From the NCBI GenBank assembly GCA_951406725.2, contig OX597824.1, forward strand, positions 82,274,001 to 82,338,000: 64,000 bases of DNA, read 5' to 3'. The position numbers and the translations under genes were made by a program. The DNA is from Octopus vulgaris. Taxonomy: Eukaryota. Of this stretch, positions 1 to 13,489 are shown piece by piece (the first letter of the stretch is position 1; each line of letters opens with the position of its first letter). The notes under the pieces were generated by a model, which saw nothing but the letters and a program-made list of their open reading frames with translations, ran no database searches and was not told where the DNA came from.

Positions 1-378
1 GTGTGTGCGTGTGTGTGTGTGCATGTATGTATATGTACATGTATGTAAGTACGTATGTATCTATGTATGTACATATGTGTGCATGTATGCGTGTGTGCAC
101 TTTAAAATGTAGATCCGCATGCCAGCATTAGTATTTTTTTTTTTATCAAATGTATTTAGCATATAAGGAAAATCGTGTCAAGTGGCGAGGAAGGAGGTGA
201 AGTGGGTAATGGTGAGAGCGACGTAGAAAGAACACGACGGAGTGTGTGAGAAAGGGGGAGTTAGAGCCAACCTTGACAGAGAAAGAGAGAGAGAGAGAAA
301 GAGAGAGAGAGAAAGAGAGAGAGGGGCAGACAGAGGACAGGAGAAGGAATGTGTGTTTGTTTGGTTCGTGTAAATGAG

Positions 379-458
<80 letters not shown>

Positions 459-474
459 GGAGAGATAGATAGAT
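379..474. repeat. (GATA)n microsatellite
   Basis: Direct tetranucleotide array; explains the IYLS-repeat ORF 261..659. Confidence 0.97.
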
Positions 475-1443
475 AAGCCGACAGACAGAAAGAGAAAGAG
501 TGAGAAATAAGTCAGGGGCCGTGAGAAAAGAAAAGAAAACGAGAGATGTAAATTGAACGATAACAAAAGAAGATCTGTGTATAAAAAAGAGAAAAAAATA
601 TGGCTTAGTTTTTTAAGAGTAAAATCTTTGCACATGCGCTCTGACGCAATAGACGGCAATATTTCATCAGATCTAAAAATAAATTCGATCCTAACGCTAA
701 GTACGTGTCTCCTTTTAGCGAAAGTCTAGATTATTCTCGGCAAGGAAATGGTCACACTTTTTGAAAACTTCGTTTTTCCGCTCATTAATCATTTTCCCAA
801 ATGTTATATGAGTGTTTTATGTTTTATTATATCTTTTGTTAGTCGGCCTTGTCTCTTTTTTTTTTTTTTTTTTTACTTTTGTTGTTTGCTATATGTATAA
901 CCCAGATATATAATACATATAGATATATATATATACATGTTTTTTTTTCTCTCACACGTGTACACTGTAGACAAAGGAGCGTGTACTTTCTGATTGACTA
1001 GACGAGCTGGGGTAAGCACACGCCTTGGTCATAAAATAGCAGTCAATGTAAAAAACAATAATAATAACAGTAACAACGCCTCACTCGAGTACAATGTCAC
1101 GATCTCTTTTTTTGAAAGGGTGTATACAGCATATATGCAACTTTATAGACACTGTTTTTACCCAACCCGCAGATTAATGGAAACGTAAAACTGTGACCTT
1201 GGAATTTTATACGGGAGAGAGAAGGGGTATAGACAGGATCTGCATTCATGTAACAGGGGAAAGACGACAAGGATAGTCCTGACTATAAAAGTACCCGTTT
1301 GTATATTGAAGGTTATCTTATATTACAAAGAGAAAGGGGTTATGGTAGGGGTGACGATTAACTGTTCATTCATACAGAAAGTGTATCACAAATGGCTTTA
1401 CGGGACTTGTTGTAATGGGTGCATAGCCATATATATATTTATA

Positions 1444-2009
1444 TTGGGTTGTCCGTAAAGTTTGTGCCGATTTTTAAAGGAAAGAAAAATGTCAATAAAT
1501 ACTTGCCATTACATCTTTAATCAATCAATTAGGAACCATTTTGTTGCACAATGCGTCTCCATCTTTCCTTTAACTTGAAAATACCCTTTTTCCAGAATTG
1601 ATGTGGTTTCATGGCAAGGAATTCATCAATATATCTTTTTACGTCATCCAAGGAATTGAAATTTTTACAATTAAGACTATTCTGCAGAGACCTGAATAAG
1701 TGGAAATCCGAAGGAGCAATATCTGGTAAATATGGAGAGTGGGATAACACATCCCAGCCGAGCTGCAGCAATTTTTGCCTGGTTCCCAAAGCATCAAATG
1801 CCGAAAATGAACTTTCTTATCTTCCATTTTAAAGGGTTACAGAATTAACACAGGTTATAGGAACATAAATCTTCTCCCACGAAAACATAACTTAAACTGT
1901 GCTCTAAATGGAGGTGTAGTCAAATCCTATTTTATGAACTCAACCATGTTCTAAAACAAGTCGAAAGGTAAGCTACTATAAATCGGCACGAATATTCCGG
2001 ACAACCCAA
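1444..2009 (-). mobile_element. Internally deleted mariner transposon (mellifera-subfamily-like) with both TIRs
   Basis: ~30-bp imperfect TIRs TTGGGTTGTCCGTAAAGTTTGTGCCGATTT (1444) and AAATCGGCACGAATATTCCGGACAACCCAA (ends 2009), preceded by TA. Transposase N-terminus MEDKKVHFRHLMLWE (from 1827) is joined out of frame to C-terminus ..LGWDVLSHSPYLPDIAPSDFHLFRSLQNSL..ERWRRIVQQNG (HPPYSPDLAPSD motif). Confidence 0.95.
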
Positions 2010-2324
2010 TGTATATATATATATATATATATATAAGCAAGTGGTGAGATAAAAATGTTATGCAATATAGTAAGACATGGAAAGCTGGTAAATGCCTTGT
2101 GAGTGAATTTGGTTGACGAGAACTGTGTGCATGCCCATAATGTATGTATGTATGTATATATACACCTTAGCTGCTTTCTCGCATGCGATCGAAGCCATTG
2201 CTAGAAAGAATCACTGAAATGAGTCATTGTGGATGTAATGTGAGGGCCTTGTATGTATGACTCTTGAGTCCGTCCAAAGATTTGCACTTTCTATTGCATA
2301 ATGCACTGCTGTGCTGGCTGACAG

Positions 2325-2525
2325 GGGGAATAGGTGCCACAAAGACACACACATACATATATGTATATGATGTACATACGAAGGGTTTCCACACAGTTTA
2401 CGTCTATCAAATACTCTAACAATGCATTAATCAGCCCTGGGGTTTCAGTAGAAGATACCGAAGGTGCCGCGCACTGTGATTGAACCTGAAACTCCGTGGT
2501 TGTAAAGCGAGCTTTTTTACTACAC
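2325..2525 (-). mobile_element. SINE family A, degraded copy
   Basis: Diverged match to the family-A 5' half seen at 41850-42276. Confidence 0.7.
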
Positions 2526-2704
2526 AATCTAATTCATAACATCCATCTGGTCATTACCTTTATGACACATATACCAGATAACCACTAACAACCTTTAGTG
2601 GCCTCACAATGAACGATGGAGGGCTTGCCCCCATACACGCAGGAGACGGAACCATCTGCTTTGTTATAATTTGTGCATCTACATCTCATCATTTATTATT
2701 ATCT

Positions 2705-3009
2705 ATGCACCTTTTTCAAGCCTAGCCTGGCTCATGGGCCCGGTTTCCCGGTTTCTATGGCGTATGTGTTCTCCCCAGGTGGACGGGACGCCAGTCCATC
2801 GCAGCGTTACTCAAGAAACCGGAAGAAAGAGTGAGAGAAAGTTGGGGTAGAAGAGCACAACAGGGGTCGCCACCATCCCCTGCAGGAACCTCGTGGGGCT
2901 TTAGGTGTTTTCGCTCAATAAACACAAACAACACCCGGTCTGGGAATCGAAATCGCGATCCTTCGACCGCGTGTCCGCTGCCCTAACCACTGGACCATTG
3001 CGCCTCCAC
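2705..3009 (-). mobile_element. SINE family C with tail type 3
   Basis: tRNA-like head GTGGAGGCGCAATGG..GTGGTTAGGGCAGCGG..TTCGATTCCC, C body, tail ..GCGATGGACTGGCGTCCCGTCC..GGCTAGGCTTGAAAA. Confidence 0.9.
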
Positions 3010-3270
3010 ACATCTCATATATTTACAAATATGAATAAAATGAAATAAGATTACCCCCATCCACACATTGATAGGATGTCACTACGTATAGTGGTGGAGA
3101 ACATCTCGCTTACAACTATCTTTCGCTACCGGTATTGTAATAACCGAGAGTCTCTGCGAACATTCTCGTCGTGGGACTAGACTTCAATGCTTCCACGCAC
3201 TTTTGGCATTTCATCTGCAGTTCTTGACTTACCGCTTCTTCGGGGTTTACCAGATGAGTATAGTATAATA

Positions 3271-3525
3271 GTGGAGGTGCGTGGCTTAGTGGTTAGGGAT
3301 GTTGGACTCATGATCGTAAGATTGTGGCTTCGATTCCTGGACTGGGCGACGCGTTGTGTCCTTGAGCAAAACACTTCTTTTCCCGTTACTCCAGTCCACT
3401 CAGCTGGAAAAAATAAGAAACCCTGCGACGGACCAGTGTCTCACCCAGGTGGGTAATTCATACGCCATGGAAACCGGGAAACCAGCTCTTATAAGTCTAT
3501 ATGACTCAGGAAGGAACTTTACTTT
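3271..3525 (+). mobile_element. SINE family D (tRNA head plus CORE-like body)
   Basis: A/B boxes TGGCTTAGTGG and TTCGATTCC, then TGTGTCCTTGAGCAAAACACTT; homologous to 12221-12469 and 42885-43130. Confidence 0.85.
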
Positions 3526-4114
3526 TTCTGTTATAATATAATTGTTTCTCCGCTATGATGATAGTCTCAGTTCAACGGAAAGTACTTGGCTCATACCACC
3601 ACCACCACTCAGACATTCCGGACCTACCTGTCTGTGATCCTCTCATCACCCTTGTTACGTCCAATGCCTCCCCTTAGATGCCCCAGTAATAACTCAAATG
3701 CACCAAGATCAGCCCTTCTCAGGACCTCGGCTCTCTTGAATAACAAACCCCTGCTCTTGATTTATCCTGTATGTGTTGATTTACAAAGGCTCAAGAGCAA
3801 CAGAAACGGCATCAATCATTCTGGTTTGGGAGATCCTAAGAAGGCCGTTACATACTGCTTCTTTCTCCAAAGCCAGCAAGTAATAGAAAAATATCCTCTT
3901 CAATCAACACACCGTTTATCAAACACTTCATCAGGTATTTCAAATGATCTGTCAGGTCCCCATTATTGAAGAGGACACAACCCTTGAAGTACCAGAACTG
4001 TAACAGCGCGTCGCTGAGAGAGCTGCTCTCATTGTTTTCCATTCCTCTGCAACTGTTGTCTCCTGCTCATCTACTCGAAACAATAAGGTGCTACGACAGA
4101 GAGAGAAAGAGAGA

Positions 4115-4150
<36 letters not shown>

Positions 4151-5444
4151 CTTGGTCCATTGGTTGAAAATTACTGGTAGAGTAGAAGATTTTTCCATCT
4201 ATCCCCGCAGCTGCAACAATTGATACTCTGAAGAAAAGATTCTAGAATTTACTGTGGTTGTTGTTGTTGTTGTTGTTATTGTTGTACCAGATGTTCCCTA
4301 CTGCTCTTTTCTCCTCTGTTTTAACACCTCTCTTGTTAAAAAAGGCCGCCGAGTCATTCCCTTATTGCCCCACGCACAGTAACTTAGTTTCTTCCTCAAT
4401 TGGCTAATTGCTTTTCTCTAAATACCCACAACAAGACAGAACCCTCGAGCTGGCTTTATAGATTTCAGAATCCTCGGGACCCTTGCATAGCCATTGTGGA
4501 ACCACTATATACCGGTGACGTTGACCGCATAAATTTAACGATGTTTTTAAGTCTAATATGAAGTCCATTCATACTAGAGAATCAGGAGAGAAGTTTTCAT
4601 TTCAGAAAGATTTCAAAACAGTATATCAGGCTTTGGGTGCAGTTAAGAACGAGCTGGGTTCACATATTAACGTCAACATGAGATTTCCACCACCTGACAA
4701 AAAACAAAAGCAAAACACCTGGTGAAAGACCCAGAGTCTTGGACTAAATAACCTATACAAATATGATGATGACACTATACTAGATGAACTTGCCTGTATT
4801 TTGTTGATCGTATTCTTAATGCCATGACATACACAAAAGACAAGACATTGAAAGAACTTGATAACCTCATTGATTAATTTTATGCAACCGACGTCAACAG
4901 TACACACTACTATATAGGCCAAACCAGATAGTATTCAGGTCGCATAACAATGTATGTGGGGAGATTACCTCTCGTATTCCCATGAATTAATTTAGATGCA
5001 ATTAGCAATAAAACTGCACTAAAAACCACTATGAGAATTCAAAGCTGTGGATTTCAGCAACTGCTGGAATACTCTCGCTCTACAACTTGGACTGCCATTG
5101 ATTGATTCCAATATTAGGCTTGATGCAAGAAGATAGCCTTTTTCTAAAATGTGTAAGGTACGAAACCAGCGACTTTCAAAATCCTCTCAGATATCTCTGT
5201 AAATTTCAGAGATTGCTGTAAGATATTACAGAAATGCTCCTACGGCAAAACCTACTTTTTTTTCCGCCAACGGCTTATATCCCCCATTATTAGACTATTT
5301 TCTTTAGTCATTGCACGGTAATCGCTTATAAGCTTTAAGTTAATAAAATACTATTATTATTATTATTATCATTATTATTATTATTAATATTATTTACATA
5401 ATTGTAAAATTCGACGCTGCTTAGCAAAAACCAACGCAGTAAGA

Positions 5445-5690
5445 AATGTGTGTGAGTGTGTGTATCTGTTTACGTGTGCCTTTGTGTCTGTGTTCGTCCC
5501 CCACTACCGCTTCATAACCGGCGTTGGAATGTTTACGTCCCCGTAACTTAGCGGTTCGGCAAAACGGACCGATGGAATAACTACTAGGCTTTTAAAAAAA
5601 TAAATCCTGGAGTTCGTTTGTTGGACTAACGCCCTTCAAAGTGGTGCTCCGGCATGGCCGCAGTCAAATGACTCAAATAAGAATATTAAA
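5445..5690 (+). mobile_element. SINE family A, 3' half
   Basis: GTTTACGTCCCCGTAACTTAGCGGTTCGGCAAAA..GCATGGCCGCAGTCAAATGACT motif shared by many copies. Confidence 0.88.
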
Positions 5691-6111
5691 GATGTATACA
5701 TACATAGATAGATACATACATATGTGTGTGTGTGAGTGTGTGAGTGTGTGTGTGTGTATGTGAGTGTATGTGTATAGTGCACGACACTGTTTGGTCAATA
5801 TATTATTACAATTAGAAGTATATTTAAAGCAGTTTCGTAAGAAACTAATAAAAGCTCCAAATAAGTGTTTATATATTTAGCCTGACCTGAATGTTGAATC
5901 GTTGATCTGAAGTTGTAAGTCTATTACGAACTTCGAGGTCAGTTAAGCCGAGACATACACGGGTTTCCCGAGCATATAAAGACTGAACGAACAATACTCC
6001 CTAGTAAATAGATTCCAGTCAACCAGTGTTAATATCCAAGCTGTTACTAGTACACATTTTCAGATGAGTGAATTTAAATAACGCGAAATGATATAAATGA
6101 TATAGAATGTT

Positions 6112-6112
<1 letters not shown>

Positions 6113-6200
<88 letters not shown>

Positions 6201-6359
6201 AACAATAACAACAATAACAATAATAATAATAATAACAACAACAACAACAACAATAACAATAACAATAACAATAACAATAATAATAATAATAATAATAACA
6301 ATAATAATAATAATAACAACAACAACAATAATAACAACAACAACAACAATAACAACAAC

Positions 6360-6418
<59 letters not shown>

Positions 6419-6420
6419 TG

Positions 6421-6466
<46 letters not shown>

Positions 6467-6492
6467 TAATAATAATAATAATAATAATGATG

Positions 6493-6526
<34 letters not shown>

Positions 6527-6545
6527 TAATAATAAAAATAATAAA
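6113..6545. repeat. Compound (AAT)n/(AAC)n microsatellite, tail of adjacent family-E element
   Basis: Direct trinucleotide array; source of the poly-N/L/Y/I ORFs. Confidence 0.97.
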
Positions 6546-6920
6546 TGCCCTGATGCATTACCAGGCAATGGCCCTCGTGGCTGCTGATCTTAACTGATTG
6601 GAAGTGTTATCATGTACATTGTTTTGTCTTGGTATAAAAGATGGACTACAGCAAATATTCTGTTCAATACCACAGATTTGCTTGTCACTTGTTTGACCTT
6701 AACCAGTTGAGCATGTCCCTTAGTGGCTGACGATATGTGCATCTCTGATCACGAGCAGAAGTAGTGGGGGAGCTTCATAGCCATGTGTTGAGAGGGATTC
6801 TTTGGGGTTTGAATAATTCACCTCTGGAAACATGGGTGTTTCGTTCAACATCCTTAAACAACCCTTATTCAGGGACCTTTTGAGCGAGATGAGTTACTCG
6901 AGTAGAAGAAAATTCTAACT
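6546..6920 (-). mobile_element. Short retroposon family E with (TTA)n tail
   Basis: Reverse complement aligns over its full length with 62077-62459 (e.g. GATCAGAGATGCACATATCGTCAGCCACTAAGGGACATG); both copies end in a (TTA)n array. Confidence 0.85.
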
Positions 6921-6969
6921 ACGACAAAAGCAAAACGACCATGGAACGAAGAAGACAACAGCAACGTCA

Positions 6970-7160
6970 GTGGAGGTGAAATGACCTTGTGGTTAGGGCA
7001 GCGGACTCGCGGTCGTAAGAACGCGGTTTCGATTCCCGGACCGGGCATTGTGAGTGTTTATTGAGCAAAAACACCTAAGTTCCACGAATATCCGGCGGGT
7101 GTGGGGTGTGAACTCCGCTGTGCTCTTTCAGCACAACTTTCTTTCACTCTTTCTTCCTAC
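6970..7160 (+). mobile_element. SINE family C head and body, truncated
   Basis: GTGGTTAGGGCAGCGGACTCGCGGTCG..TTCGATTCCC..GTGTTTATTGAGC. Confidence 0.85.
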
Positions 7161-7171
7161 TTTTTTTGGTA

Positions 7172-7720
7172 TTCAAGGCTGTGTGGTAAGAAGTATGCTT
7201 CCAAACCACATGGTTTCGGGTTCAGTCCCACTGTACAGCACATTGGGCAAATGACGGACCGATCAAAAGCCTTGTGATTGGATTTGATAAACGGAGCCTA
7301 AAGAAAGCCTGGTGTATAAATTTATATATACGTGCGTGTATGTGTGTGTGCGTGTGTTTAGCTATGCTTGTATGTATGTGTGTGAGTTTGTTCCTAGCCA
7401 CCGGTTAACAAACGGTGTTGGTTTTGTTGACGTGTTTGTGACCTAGGGGTTCGGCAAAAAAACCGACAGAATAAGTACTGGACTTACAAAGAATAAGTCT
7501 CGGGGTCGATTTGCTCGACTAAAGGCGGTGCTCCAGCATGGCCGCAGTCAAATGACTGAAACAAGTAAAAGAGAGAAAAAAGAGAGAGAATAATGCCAGA
7601 CTGCTAGAATATAAATAAAAAATAAAATAGCAAGTGCTGGGGTCGATTTCTTTCGACTAAACTATTCAAAGCAGTGCCCCAGCATGGCCGCAGTCCTATG
7701 ACTGAAACAAAATATTAAAG
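7172..7720 (+). mobile_element. SINE family A, near full length, plus a second 3' tail (7630-7720)
   Basis: Head GGCTGTGTGGTAAG..GGTTCAGTCCC, internal (TG)n, tail ..CAGCATGGCCGCAGTCAAATGACTGAAACAAG. Confidence 0.88.
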
Positions 7721-8198
7721 ATTAAAGACGCAAATTTATAAAGTTAAAAATACATAACAAAATACCAAAGACATGTCCGACAAACCACCGACTCTAATCC
7801 ATTGCCCGTAAAATAAAATTTAAAAAATGAACGGTGTCTAAAACGGACAACGCCCGACATTTTTAGACAAGAACAATTTAGATTATGTCAAGCCCCGAGA
7901 AAGTAAGCTAATTTACGTATTATTTATTGGTTTCTGTTTATTTATATCACGCTTTTCGAGAACAATAAGGTTGTTGTTTATCACGGTTAACGACACGTCT
8001 GTCTCTAAGTGACGGTATTTGCAATAGCGACACTTTACAAAGAAATGTCTGTGTGCAACTAGAGCGGAATAAATATAAGTATGACAATTTATCGGTAATT
8101 TCCAGGCCGTAGTACGTTTCGTGTTTGTGTCTTTGTTACATGGGTCGTAGTCATACGCAGAGACGGACGCAGTCATGCATGGATAATAAATACATACC

Positions 8199-8263
<65 letters not shown>

Positions 8264-8311
8264 ATATAATAAGATATAATATACAAACACGCTCACAGAA
8301 ATACTTACGTA

Positions 8312-8346
<35 letters not shown>

Positions 8347-8347
<1 letters not shown>

Positions 8348-8650
8348 AAGCGAAGGGTCTTATCAGAGGGTCCTGGTCGACCTGAGAGAGGTGATGTGAA
8401 CTCCTTCCATTCTTGCTGAATTGCACAATCGCTCTATTAACTGTAGAAAGCGGGATCCCAAGGTTCAGATTGACCCACGTTACGGCCTCTTTAAAATTCG
8501 GAGAGTTCTGAGGCATTTGGCATGATTAAACAGTCACATATAGAACTTGAAACATAAAAATGTCGATTAATAAAAGATATAAACCTTTTCAAGTTAAATA
8601 AATGTCAAACGATGTTTTATGAGGTGTCTATTTACTTCTGTCGTGTGAGT
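8347..8650 (-). mobile_element. Tc1-like transposon 5' fragment (transposase HTH region, pseudogenised)
   Basis: Minus strand from 8523 reads MPNASELSEF*RGRNVG..LGIPLSTVNRAIVQF.. and, after a frameshift, SPLSGRPGPSDKTLR; this is the typical Tc1 N-terminal HTH plus GRP motif. Confidence 0.75.
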
Positions 8651-8656
8651 AAGTAA

Positions 8657-8658
8657 GT

Positions 8659-8724
<66 letters not shown>

Positions 8725-8820
8725 ACTCAAAAGACACCCTGAATCCCACATATATAGAGACTTTCATATATATATATATATATATATATACACTATGTGT
8801 ATATTTTCATATATCTATAT

Positions 8821-8872
<52 letters not shown>

Positions 8873-8935
8873 TGTGTGTATATTTATATATATGTATATA
8901 TATATATATATATATATACTGTGTGTATATTTATA

Positions 8936-9011
<76 letters not shown>

Positions 9012-9065
9012 TGTATGTATGTATGTATATATATAATGTGTGTGTATGCTGTGTATGTATATATA
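8657..9065. repeat. Compound (TG)n/(TA)n/(TATG)n microsatellite tract
   Basis: Direct inspection. Confidence 0.95.
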
Positions 9066-10000
9066 AATAGGTATTAACTGGTTAAGAGACTTCACATGAG
9101 TTAGTGTATATTGAAAAAAATGAAAACAAAATGCTTAGAAAACTTTATCATGGGAAACAAAAAGACAATATGTACATTTTTAACTAAGCAGCTACCGGTT
9201 ACGGTCACTTTAAAACGACTTCATGCTGAAATATAGTGGGAAAGAATTGAAAGAAATTAAATCAATCCCTCTTAATATCAGTTCTAGAAGTTCATATTTT
9301 GCTGTATTTCGTTTCGTCCTGAATGTTAGTAGTTTGTAGCGATAGCCGGTTATTAAAAATAGTAACAAGTAGATCGGTTGGTTGTGGGAGAAGGGACAGT
9401 TATTAGTAGCCACAGCAAGAAAGGATCTCGGAAGCATATAGCAATCTTTTAGCTAGCTCATAGAAGTTGTGGTATTGGATTTTTCTTTAATTTGTTTCAG
9501 CCATTTGATTGCGACCATGCTGGAGCATCGCCTTTATAGTAATTGCCCATTTATAACCTAGGAGCGCTCATTGAGTTGACCCCAGGAAGGGCTGCAGTAT
9601 AAGGGGTATTTGTTGTTGTCTCCATGTCTCCGCCACAGGAATTTAGACGTGACTGATATTTGGTAATGAAGACATTTCTATGTCTTGACGTTGAATTGTA
9701 TTACCACCAACTTCATAGAGAGGGGAGATCGTGTAATTTGGTTGCTTCTCATCTGTGCATTTGGCAATATTTTCACTGAGTTCTATTTGTCTGTATTTCC
9801 GCATCTAAATTCGCTATCTATGCAGGGTCATTCGTAGACGTAGATCGTTTTCAGTTTGTCCAATGTGCATAAGTCTTAGAACGCACACATAAACTTATAG
9901 CGTATTGTTAGGTGTTTTCACTATTTGAAAGAAATCTCGGATCCCTATTTCAGATTAAAACATTTACCACATTTGGATCTTCCGTATATTTTACTGTTGG

Positions 10001-10551
<551 letters not shown>

Positions 10552-10993
10552 TGTGGAGTTTAACCCGTGTTAACATTTTCATCGTTGGTTGTGGTTGTCT
10601 TTTACTCTTCAGTTGTGACTAAGTGAATTAGGATTACAGGACAGTAGAGCTAACTCTACGAGAGAGAGAGAGAGAGAGAAGAGAAGAGAGATTGAGAGAT
10701 TGAGAGAAATATATAAAGAGAGAGAAACAGAAAGACAACTTATAGAGTGGTTGGTGGGATCGATCTCAGTACTCGACGGGTAGTTTTTTTCTTAGAACCC
10801 AAAAAGATCGCAGCGGGACTTCAGCTTGGAACGTAAAAAGCCATGACTAATACCGTGTTTCCTCTTATGCTCCAATAACTTTGCGCAATAATTTTATTAA
10901 TCCGTCGACTTACATACACATATTTAGCGGAATATATATTTGCCTGACACACCCAGATATGTGCGTCTGTATGTCTATATATTAATGTAAAGA

Positions 10994-11225
10994 AGGCGGC
11001 GAGCTGGCAGAAACGTTAAGCACGCAGGGCGAAATGCGTAGCCGTATTTCGTCTACCGTTACGTTCTGAGTTCAAATTCCGCCGAGGTCGACTTTGCCTT
11101 TCATCTTTTCGGGGTCGATAAAGTAAGTACCAGTTACGCACTGGGGTCGATATATTCGACTTAAATTCGTTTGTCTGTCCTTGTCTGTCCCCTCTATGTT
11201 TAGTCCCTTGTGGGTAGTAAAGAAA
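10994..11225 (+). mobile_element. SINE family B (tRNA head, Meta-domain-like centre) with target-site duplication
   Basis: Head GGCGGCGAGCTGGCAGAAACG, B box GAGTTCAAATTCC, centre GCCTTTCATCTTTTCGGGGTCGATAAA..GTACCAG; flanked by TATATTAATGTAAA on both sides. Confidence 0.9.
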
Positions 11226-11639
11226 CATATATATTAATGTAAATATATATGTTTATATAAATATATACATCCATGTGTGTGTGTGTGTGCGTATGCATAT
11301 ATATATATTTATATATGTCTGTATGTATATAGTTATTTATTTGTTTATTTACATTCCCATGTGTATCGAAATGTGTGCGTGTTTAACGGTTTAATGTTCC
11401 TGTACATGTACCTAATGTTGAAAATACGACTCGCAATTTTAAGAGGTACTCAAGCTTCCAGTTATGCAATATATACCCTTTTTGTTGCGAAGACTAATGT
11501 TTATGCTATTGTACAAGAGGGAAAAAAAAAGAAAATTGCTAGAATATATATATGTGTATGTGTGTTTGTGTGTATTTATATACACACACACACACAGATA
11601 TTTATATATATATTTAAAATATTAAGGGTGAAAAATTGA

Positions 11640-11960
11640 ACATTTATTTAAAATTTATTTATTTCAAATTTATTTTAAAGAAATGAAATGATGAAACTAC
11701 TTTTTCGAGTTCTGCAAAAGCAACGTTTTGGACTTACGGACACTTTTCCATAATAGCAACAATATATGTGTGTGTGCATATGACCTTCGATACGTGGAGT
11801 AGATGAAATTAAGGTGACTGAAGAAGGGGAATTTTCCTTGTTTTGTATGTCCTGTACTCTATTTTTTCGTTGTTTAAAAAAAAATGTCCATTTCCTTGGT
11901 TTTGTGTTTATGTTTTCGTTTCTCAATTTGTTCGACGTTTTTTTTTTGGTATCCTGTAGC
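11640..11960. mobile_element. Probable Penelope-like (PLE) terminal-repeat relic
   Basis: Related to 22233-22480 (..CGA(A/T)A(T/C)G..AGTAGA..ACTGA(A/T)GAAGGG..TTTT..), embedded in (TA)n; clade is an inference. Confidence 0.45.
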
Positions 11961-12040
11961 CATACATGCATGTATATATACATGTAGAGGTTGGTACGTA
12001 CATATATGTATGTATATATGCATGTTTTATTTATTTATTA

Positions 12041-12075
<35 letters not shown>

Positions 12076-12220
12076 CACACACATCATCAGACATACATAT
12101 GTGATATATGTACATGTGTATGTCTGTATATATTTGTAGGTAGATAGAGCAGGGTGCCTAGATGTGCACGCCTGTTTGTATACAATATAGCAGGTTTGCA
12201 TAATAATAATATATAAGTAA

Positions 12221-12469
12221 ATGCGCCCATTTAAAGCCTAGCCAGGCTCATGGGCCCGGTTTCCTGGTTTCAATGGCTTATGTGTTACCCAGCAGGACGG
12301 GACGCCAGTCCATCGCAGCGTTACTCATTTTTGCCAGCTGAGTGGACTGGAGCAACGTGAAATCAAGTGTTTTGCTCAAGAACATAATGCGTCTCCCGGT
12401 CCAGGAATCGAAACCACAATTTTACAATCATGATGCTGACACCTAAACCACTAATCCACGCGTCTCCAC
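12221..12469 (-). mobile_element. SINE family D with tail type 3 and TSD
   Basis: Full copy; flanks CAGGTTTGCATAATAATA and CAGGCTTGCATCATAATA form a near-direct repeat. Confidence 0.9.
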
Positions 12470-12707
12470 AGGCTTGCATCATAATATTTACTTATTATTT
12501 GTACGCATATTATATATTAAAGAGAAATTCATGTATGCGTGTACTCTCTTGTGCATTGGGTGCTGTATATGTCTACTCGTGGGTATATACGTGTCTGTCT
12601 GAGTGAGTACGTATATATGTGTCTGTATGTATGTATGTATTTACGTACATACATATGTATGCATGTATCTATGTACATTCATATGTACGCAATACGCGCG
12701 CGCGCAC

Positions 12708-12743
<36 letters not shown>

Positions 12744-13380
12744 TTGTGTTTGTGGCCATATATGTAATGCAATAATTATGAATATTTTTCCCATGTCCTT
12801 TCTGAAATGTCATTATAAATATATTAATATTCTTCATTGAGAGATGGTGACATCTGTTTCTGTTTTAGAGGATGGGACGTGGAATGAAAAGGGTGAGTGA
12901 ATATTAAAATCTGTTACCTTGAACTAGATATGTCGTGTGGTTTGTTTGTTTTTTTAGTAGATAGGGTGGGGAAGAATGAAGCTGGAATTGGTACTCGCCA
13001 CTCCAAAAATATACTACCTCCCACAATAAATTAATTTAATATAATTAATTATAATTATAATTGCAATTATAGAACAAAAGGACAGTTATATATACCCAGT
13101 ATATATATCTTTATGTTTCAATGATAGTCATACTTTGGAATCCAACGGGAAAGTTTTATAAGTGTTGCTCCAAGCCGAATCATATGTGGGAGGTGCCTAA
13201 TGGCTCTTATTTTCATAATTCATCCAGGAATTGTGGACTACCATCATGCTTGGTTGGTTGGTTGGTATAAATACACAAATATGTACGCACAAAACTCACT
13301 AGCAAAACAAAGTTCATGTGTTTTATGAGTAAAGTAGGTATTAGTCATGAAGAGTATTAGGAAATATATTATCAATAGTT

Positions 13381-13455
13381 AAGGCATGACTGTGCGTGGT
13401 AAGAAGCTTGTTTTTCAACCACATTGTTCCAGGTTCAGTCCCACCGCATGGCACC
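13381..13455 (+). mobile_element. SINE family A head fragment
   Basis: GTGGTAAGAAGCTTG..AACCACATTGTTCCAGGTTCAGTCCCA. Confidence 0.75.
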
Positions 13456-13489
13456 TATCTATATTGATCCCTGTGCTTGTCAAGACTTA

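Noticed and set aside
6019-6597. Poly-Asn/Leu/Tyr ORFs (likewise poly-Asp at 39888-40370 and KERK at 29958-30374)
   Set aside because: Stop-free frames of microsatellites
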